A DNA stretch of 64,000 nucleotides, from positions 1,152,001-1,216,000 of the forward strand of contig OY781066.1 of the NCBI GenBank assembly GCA_963676395.1. Direction: 5' to 3'. How positions within the stretch are numbered: position 1 is the first letter of the stretch; each line of letters begins with the position of its first letter. A model generated the notes under the pieces. The model did no database searches, had not been told where the DNA came from, and was given only the letters and a program-made list of their open reading frames with translations. This document shows, in pieces, positions 58,757 to 64,000 of the stretch. The DNA comes from a bacterium (GTDB taxonomy: Bacteria > Fidelibacterota > Fidelibacteria > Fidelibacterales > Fidelibacteraceae). The translations under genes were made by a program, and so were the position numbers.

Positions 58757-59497
58757 TCAATTCATTACATCTATACTGCCAAAAATGGCATTCATTTCAA
58801 TGGTGACCGTTTTTGTTTTTAATGCATCGTTGATTTGATTACGCCTATCGTTTATTTTGCCAAAAACAGGACCGCCGTGCTTGACGATTTTCCAGTCTTG
58901 CGGCACTAATAGCGTAATGTTACCAAAGATAGCCGTGAATTCAAGATAGGTGTTCATTGTTGGATTCGTTTGTCTAAGGTCTAACTCGAGATTCCCGAAT
59001 GCGGCTGTTCCGTGTCCTCCGGCCAATTGATCATCCTTGATTACTTCGCGTTGTGAGTTAAAGATGGTATTTATGGTGAATACATGATCTGCATTTGTGG
59101 CGTGGAAAACACGTTCATGCTTTGGGTCACTATCATTGTCTCTTTCTGTTCCCGGTTGGAAATGTCGTGGTTCTTTTCGCTTTCTTGGCAAGATGATAAT
59201 ACCTACCATGATAAGCGCTGCCGGCCAGATAAGATCTTCGAGATCATAGATCCCGAGGGTGTGTAATAAGAAAACAACACCTATGAAAACTAGAAAAACT
59301 CCCCCTCCCCATGAACCGCCGGGTGCGAAAATGGTAATCAGGCCGATAAGAACGAGAATCAATGGCCACCAATCGAAGAATAGATCGTCTATATCCCACC
59401 AGGCAAGATTATTACCCAGAGCGATTAAACCGAAACAAATGAATACTAGCGCAAGAACAACACGAAATAAGCTGTGGCCGCTTGAGTTTTTTTTCAT
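58757..59497 (-). CDS. LiaF-like membrane protein (cell-envelope stress response family)
   Basis: Four TM helices with WWPLIL/IWPAAL; C-terminal AFGNLELDLR, AIFGNITLLVP, AIFGSIDV; GGAGG RBS. Confidence 0.78.
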   Translation of the reverse strand: MKKNSSGHSLFRVVLALVFICFGLIALGNNLAWWDIDDLFFDWWPLILVLIGLITIFAPGGSWGGGVFLVFIGVVFLLHTLGIYDLEDLIWPAALIMVGIIILPRKRKEPRHFQPGTERDNDSDPKHERVFHATNADHVFTINTIFNSQREVIKDDQLAGGHGTAAFGNLELDLRQTNPTMNTYLEFTAIFGNITLLVPQDWKIVKHGGPVFGKINDRRNQINDALKTKTVTIEMNAIFGSIDVMN

Positions 59498-59498
59498 A

Positions 59499-60086
59499 CT
59501 AGACCTCCATGATCTTTTGAATGAAGTACCGGTGTATTCTTGAGTCGGGAGTAAGTTCGGGATGAAATGTTGCGGCAAGGTGTTTATCTGACTCAATTAA
59601 CACAGGTTTATTATCGCATATGGCGAGGACTTTAATATCCTTACCAATTTTAACGATTTGAGGTGCTCGAATAAAAACAGCGTGAAAATCATTGTTTTCA
59701 TCGAAGCTTAGTTTGAGCTCATCAACAAAAGAATCTTTTTGCGAACCATAGGCATTTCGCGAAACTTCTACATCCATCAATTTCAATTGTTTGACTCTAG
59801 GATCCTCGACTCCTTTTCCCATGAGGATCAATCCCGCACAGGTACCAAATAAGGGTTTGTCCTTTGCAAAATTTACGATGTCTTCATAGGAAATCCTATA
59901 ACCCATGATTTTGGTCATGGTTGTTGACTCGCCTCCGGGTAGAATCAAACCTTGAACATGAGCAAGTTGTTCCCGGTATTTAATGATCTCCGAACGTGCA
60001 CCCGCCAATTCAATTGCTTTGGCATGTTTTTCATAGGCGCCCTGAATTCCCAGGACGCCGATATTTAAATCTGAAATCTTAGTCAA
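59499..60086 (-). CDS. pdxT: Pyridoxal 5'-phosphate synthase glutaminase subunit
   Basis: GVLGIQG, LPGGESTT, GTCAG, RNAYGSQ, FIRAP, FHPE; TTG start at 60086. Confidence 0.95.
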   Translation of the reverse strand: MTKISDLNIGVLGIQGAYEKHAKAIELAGARSEIIKYREQLAHVQGLILPGGESTTMTKIMGYRISYEDIVNFAKDKPLFGTCAGLILMGKGVEDPRVKQLKLMDVEVSRNAYGSQKDSFVDELKLSFDENNDFHAVFIRAPQIVKIGKDIKVLAICDNKPVLIESDKHLAATFHPELTPDSRIHRYFIQKIMEV

Positions 60087-60090
60087 TGGT

Positions 60091-60972
60091 TTACCAACCG
60101 CGTTTCGCCATTTTTTCTTTTTCTTCCAGGGCGGCGGCAGAGATGCCAACCATAGCATCTTTTAGGCCTTTGGAAACTTCAACAAGAACGGCAGGATCAT
60201 TGTAATGAGTTACTGATTTTACAATAGCTTCTGCACGTGGTTTAGGGTCATCTGATTTAAAGATGCCCGAACCGACAAAAACGGCTTCGGCACCAAGTTG
60301 CATCATAAGAGAAGCATCGGCTGGTGTAGCGACACCACCGGCAGCAAAGTTAGGAACAGGTAGTTTGCCATTTTCGGCAACATACTGTACAATAGCAAAG
60401 GGTGCGCCAAGGTTTTTGGCTGCGGCCATTAATTCCGTTTTATCCAAGGTACCTAACCATTTGATCTGATTTTGTACTTTTCTCATATGGCGAACGGCTT
60501 CAACAACATCTCCTGTACCGGGTTCGCCTTTGGTACGGATCATGGCGGCACCTTCGCCGATACGACGAAGCGCTTCACCTAAATTACGGCAACCGCATAC
60601 AAAAGGCACAGCAAAGTCATCTTTCCAAATATGATTTTCTTCATCGGCCGGAGTTAACACTTCTGATTCGTCGATAAAATCAACACCGACTTCCTGAAGG
60701 ATCTGCGCTTCGGCAAAGTGACCAATACGGCATTTAGCCATCACGGGAATAGAAACGGCTTCTTTAATTTCCATGATCATTTCCGGGTTACTCATACGTG
60801 AGATCCCACCAAATGCACGGATGTCTGCAGGAATTCGTTCAAGTGCCATCACGGCAGCAGCACCTGCATCTTCGGCAATTTTCGCCTGGTCAACATTCAT
60901 CACATCCATGATGACGCCGCCTTTGATCATTTCGGCTAAGCCGACTTTAACTTCGAATGTAGCTTTCTTCAT
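60091..60972 (-). CDS. pdxS: Pyridoxal 5'-phosphate synthase lyase subunit
   Basis: [49 protein letters not shown]. Confidence 0.97.
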   Translation of the reverse strand: MKKATFEVKVGLAEMIKGGVIMDVMNVDQAKIAEDAGAAAVMALERIPADIRAFGGISRMSNPEMIMEIKEAVSIPVMAKCRIGHFAEAQILQEVGVDFIDESEVLTPADEENHIWKDDFAVPFVCGCRNLGEALRRIGEGAAMIRTKGEPGTGDVVEAVRHMRKVQNQIKWLGTLDKTELMAAAKNLGAPFAIVQYVAENGKLPVPNFAAGGVATPADASLMMQLGAEAVFVGSGIFKSDDPKPRAEAIVKSVTHYNDPAVLVEVSKGLKDAMVGISAAALEEKEKMAKRGW

Positions 60973-60979
60973 TTTTTTA

Positions 60980-61813
60980 TTACTCCATAGTAGTTTTAAT
61001 TTTATTAACAACATCATTTATTAAAGAATCGGGCGTACTGGCTCCGGCTGAAATACCCAGAGAAGTACAGCCCTTAAGCCAAGTAAAGTTGAGATCATCA
61101 GGATGAGAGATCAAACATGCTTTACCGTTGATGGATTTTGCTACTTCGACCAATCGCTTTGAATTGGCGGAGGCACTATCTCCAACTATAAGTATACAGT
61201 CATTATTCTCTGCCAGTTCCCGGATCTCTTTTTGATTCCTTCTTGTTGGCTCACATATTGTATTTATTATACGGCAATCGCGAGATTTTGTCAATAAGAC
61301 CGAAATGATCTCTTTGACATTTTCAATATTCTGAGTGCTTTGAATAATCACACCCGATCGCTGTTGTATTTTATATTTTTTTATATCTTCGGTCCCCGAA
61401 AGCACACATGCGTTGGAAACCTGGGATCTGATCCCAATGATTTCATCATGTTTTTGGTCGCCGATGATAATAACTTGACGACTCTCAGATTCCAATTCTC
61501 GCGCATGAATATGAATGTCTTTAACCAAAGGACAGGTAGCATCAATGAGTGTCAAACCCATTTGATGTGCTTTTTCTATCATGGATTTATCTGTTCCATG
61601 AGCCCTTAAAAGCAAGGGCATATTATTTACGTCGGTTAAAGAATCCACAAAAACCAAACCTTTGCCTTTTAGTGCGTCCATCACAACCTTGTTGTGGACT
61701 AGGTCTCCGGTTACCGCGACTGAACCATAAGCTTCAAGAGCATCTTCAGCTTTCTTGACTGCCAGTCTTACGCCGGTGCAAAATCCGCAATGTTTTGCAA
61801 TGTTAATTTTCAC
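60980..61813 (-). CDS. ispH: 4-hydroxy-3-methylbut-2-enyl diphosphate reductase
   Basis: GFCTGV, VHN, RAHG, DATCPLV, NTIC, SANS, AGASTP. Confidence 0.94.
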   Translation of the reverse strand: MKINIAKHCGFCTGVRLAVKKAEDALEAYGSVAVTGDLVHNKVVMDALKGKGLVFVDSLTDVNNMPLLLRAHGTDKSMIEKAHQMGLTLIDATCPLVKDIHIHARELESESRQVIIIGDQKHDEIIGIRSQVSNACVLSGTEDIKKYKIQQRSGVIIQSTQNIENVKEIISVLLTKSRDCRIINTICEPTRRNQKEIRELAENNDCILIVGDSASANSKRLVEVAKSINGKACLISHPDDLNFTWLKGCTSLGISAGASTPDSLINDVVNKIKTTME

Positions 61814-62822
61814 CAAAGGTCTCTTTTACTTGCCTGTGCATATCTTCCAGCACACATTTTTTTATTTCATCCATCGTTTTTTCCGATACGATCCCGGAGG
61901 CATGTAAATGTCCGCCTCCACCGTATTGGCGTGCGATACCGTTGGTAACCACTTTTCCCTTCGAGCGGAAATTGATACGTGTGGAACCATCGGGTCGTTC
62001 CTTGAACATGATCGCAACTTCCACACCTTCGATCATACGCATAAAGTCGGTAACGCCCTCGGTATCCATATCACCTGCACCGGCATCGTTTAGCATTTTT
62101 CTGGTGATCTCAAACCATACAATGCGCCCGTCTTCGGAAAAATGCAGGTTTTGCATTATCGTTGAGAACAGCTTTATGCCTGTGCGGGACATGTTACCAA
62201 ATAAATTAATGTAAATACGGTAGATGTCAATATTGTATTTCAAAAGGTCGGCAGCTACCGCATGCGAATATTGTGTAGTATTCCCGAAGCGGAAATTACC
62301 CGTATCTCCGGCAATGGCGGTATAAAGAGATTGTGCCATAAACTGATCCATATGTTCGGGATAACAGCAATTAATAAATTCGTACACCATTTTTCCCACG
62401 GAACAATCTTTTTCGTTAACGATCTCTTGAAGATAGTTGGGATTGTTTTCGGGAGGATGGTGATCGATGGCAATAATAGAAAGCTTTGCCGCTAAAACAT
62501 CTTTGCCCAATTGACCGATCCTTAAAAAAGAGCCGGCATCAAGAACTATAAGTTGATCTGCTTTTGAAATGATATCACGATGTTCCGAAGGAATATAGCG
62601 TTTACATAGACCCTCAGGGTCCATAAATTTAAGGCTGTCCGGTGTGGGAGAAATGTTAAAAACAAAAACCTCTTTGTGAAGTTTTTTTAATAAATGATAC
62701 AAAGCCAGTTCCGAGCCCAAACCGTCAGCGTCCGGGTTCTGGTGCGTTGTGATCACAAAAGATTCCGCGAATTGGATCCTTTGTTTTAGTTCTTGCCATT
62801 GTCGTTGTAATTCATTTTTCAT
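61803..62822 (-). CDS. nrnA: Bifunctional oligoribonuclease/pAp phosphatase (DHH/DHHA1)
   Basis: HQNPDADGLGS, IDHH, GDTGNF, GGGGHLHASG; start at ATG 62822. Confidence 0.9.
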   Translation of the reverse strand: MKNELQRQWQELKQRIQFAESFVITTHQNPDADGLGSELALYHLLKKLHKEVFVFNISPTPDSLKFMDPEGLCKRYIPSEHRDIISKADQLIVLDAGSFLRIGQLGKDVLAAKLSIIAIDHHPPENNPNYLQEIVNEKDCSVGKMVYEFINCCYPEHMDQFMAQSLYTAIAGDTGNFRFGNTTQYSHAVAADLLKYNIDIYRIYINLFGNMSRTGIKLFSTIMQNLHFSEDGRIVWFEITRKMLNDAGAGDMDTEGVTDFMRMIEGVEVAIMFKERPDGSTRINFRSKGKVVTNGIARQYGGGGHLHASGIVSEKTMDEIKKCVLEDMHRQVKETFGEN

Positions 62823-62982
62823 TGTATTGTCCAAAAAGCTCCAAATAGCCCTTATTTTAAGGAAAATTTTAACGAAAGACAAATAGCATGTTAGAAATAA
62901 TAACCATAAGAAAAAAGCTCTCAAAAATGAGAGCTCCTCTCGTTCGCTATTTTGTGTGACCCTTGTCACACAGTAATAAAAG

Positions 62983-63460
62983 CTATCCTACCATCTTAGC
63001 AATATCTTCATCTACCGTTGTAATTCCCGCGATGCCAAAATTCTCAACCAATACATTCACTACATTGGGTGAAAGGAAAGCAGGCAGTGTGGGGCCGAGG
63101 TGAATATTTTTTACACCGAGGTAGAGCAGGGCCAATAAAACGATCACGGCTTTCTGTTCGTACCAGGCAATATTGTAAGCGATAGGAAGCTCATTGATAT
63201 CGTTCAATTCAAAGACTTCCTTCAACTTCAGTGCGATCACTGCCAGTGAATAAGAGTCGTTACATTGTCCTGCATCGAGCACGCGGGGAATACCACCGAT
63301 ATCACCCAAAGGCAATTTATTGTAGCGGTATTTTGCACAACCTGCTGTAAGGATAACCGTATCTTTGGGAAGTTTTTCGGCGAATTCCGTGTAGTAATCG
63401 CGGTCTTTCATGCGGCCGTCGCAACCGGCCATGACCAAGAATTTGCGGATGGCGCCTGCA
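62983..63460 (-). pseudogene. hcp: C-terminal fragment (~158 codons) of hybrid cluster protein (hydroxylamine reductase)
   Basis: [50 protein letters not shown]; the N-terminal ~400 residues are absent and the frame reaches TAA at 63484-63486. Confidence 0.88.
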
Positions 63461-63880
63461 TTTATTTTTGGTGGAGACCGACATTACCCCGTAGACATAA
63501 TTGCCAACGATACGACAAAATGTATATATTTGGGACGTGAGTCGTTTGAAAAAATATTACAAATGAACAAGCAGGTTGGAGATAATTTTAGAAATATCAT
63601 TGCAACAAAAACACAATTTCTATCCAACAAGATAAAGTTCTTAGCGCTCCAGCCAATAAAGGGGAAGATCGCAAGTTATCTTTTAACTCGTACAAAAAAC
63701 AATCCGGAAAACACTGTTTTATTACCCTATTCTCAGGATAAGTTGGCAGATCTTTTTGGGGTGACGCGTCCTTCACTTACTCGTGCAATGCGCGAATTAG
63801 TACAGGACAAGATTATTGATGCACAAGGAAAAAAGGTAAGCATTTTGGATCGTGATAGACTAGAAAACTATATTCAGTGA
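63449..63880 (+). pseudogene. C-terminal fragment of a Crp/Fnr regulator (HcpR-like)
   Basis: APAFIFG..YPV (second half of the cNMP domain), IASYLL, HTH SQDKLADLFGVTRPSLTR; the N-terminal part of the sensor domain is absent. Confidence 0.8.
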
Positions 63881-64000
63881 TACCTAATCTGCGATCTTAG
63901 AGTTTATGCAGCCAATTTAAAACACCTGTAACGATTTATAACCCTTAATTTTAATTAGAAACGTGACGTAGGTCACACTTTAAAAATCACCCTTTTTTAC

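Noticed and set aside
1..64000. CRISPR arrays, IS elements, prophage, rRNA, known riboswitches, selenocysteine recoding
   Set aside because: I saw no repeat-spacer periodicity, transposase/integrase/phage genes, rRNA-like sequence, recognisable riboswitch consensus or in-frame TGA in the identified genes

Overview
This is a core-genome window from an AT-rich, diderm, probably anaerobic bacterium. An FCB-group lineage (Marinimicrobia-like) is my inference, from the exbB-exbD-exbD-tonB layout, a T9SS-type C-terminal domain, the mfd-PPIase cluster and the Bacteroidota-type polyamine genes. The window appears to span the chromosomal replication origin: a DnaA-box and DnaA-trio element lies directly upstream of dnaN but with no dnaA, two parS sites sit at ~48.1-48.3 kb, a second DnaA-box cluster lies at ~52.2 kb, and mnmE/mnmG are nearby. 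It holds about 45 CDS and two tRNA-Ser genes. I found no CRISPR array, IS element, prophage or rRNA. The most notable items are: (1) an orphan GlmL-like actin-fold ATPase plus an uncharacterised partner, in an operon with a transglutaminase-like lipoprotein and a foldase, with no B12 mutase; (2) the dnaA-less oriC architecture; (3) a deletion scar joining the 3' halves of divergent hcp and hcpR at a microhomology; (4) a receiver-domain/PEP-synthase-like signalling fusion; (5) a speA-speB-DHS homospermidine operon; (6) a candidate small RNA downstream of tRNA-Ser(GGA). All calls come from motif recognition by eye; no database searches were run.
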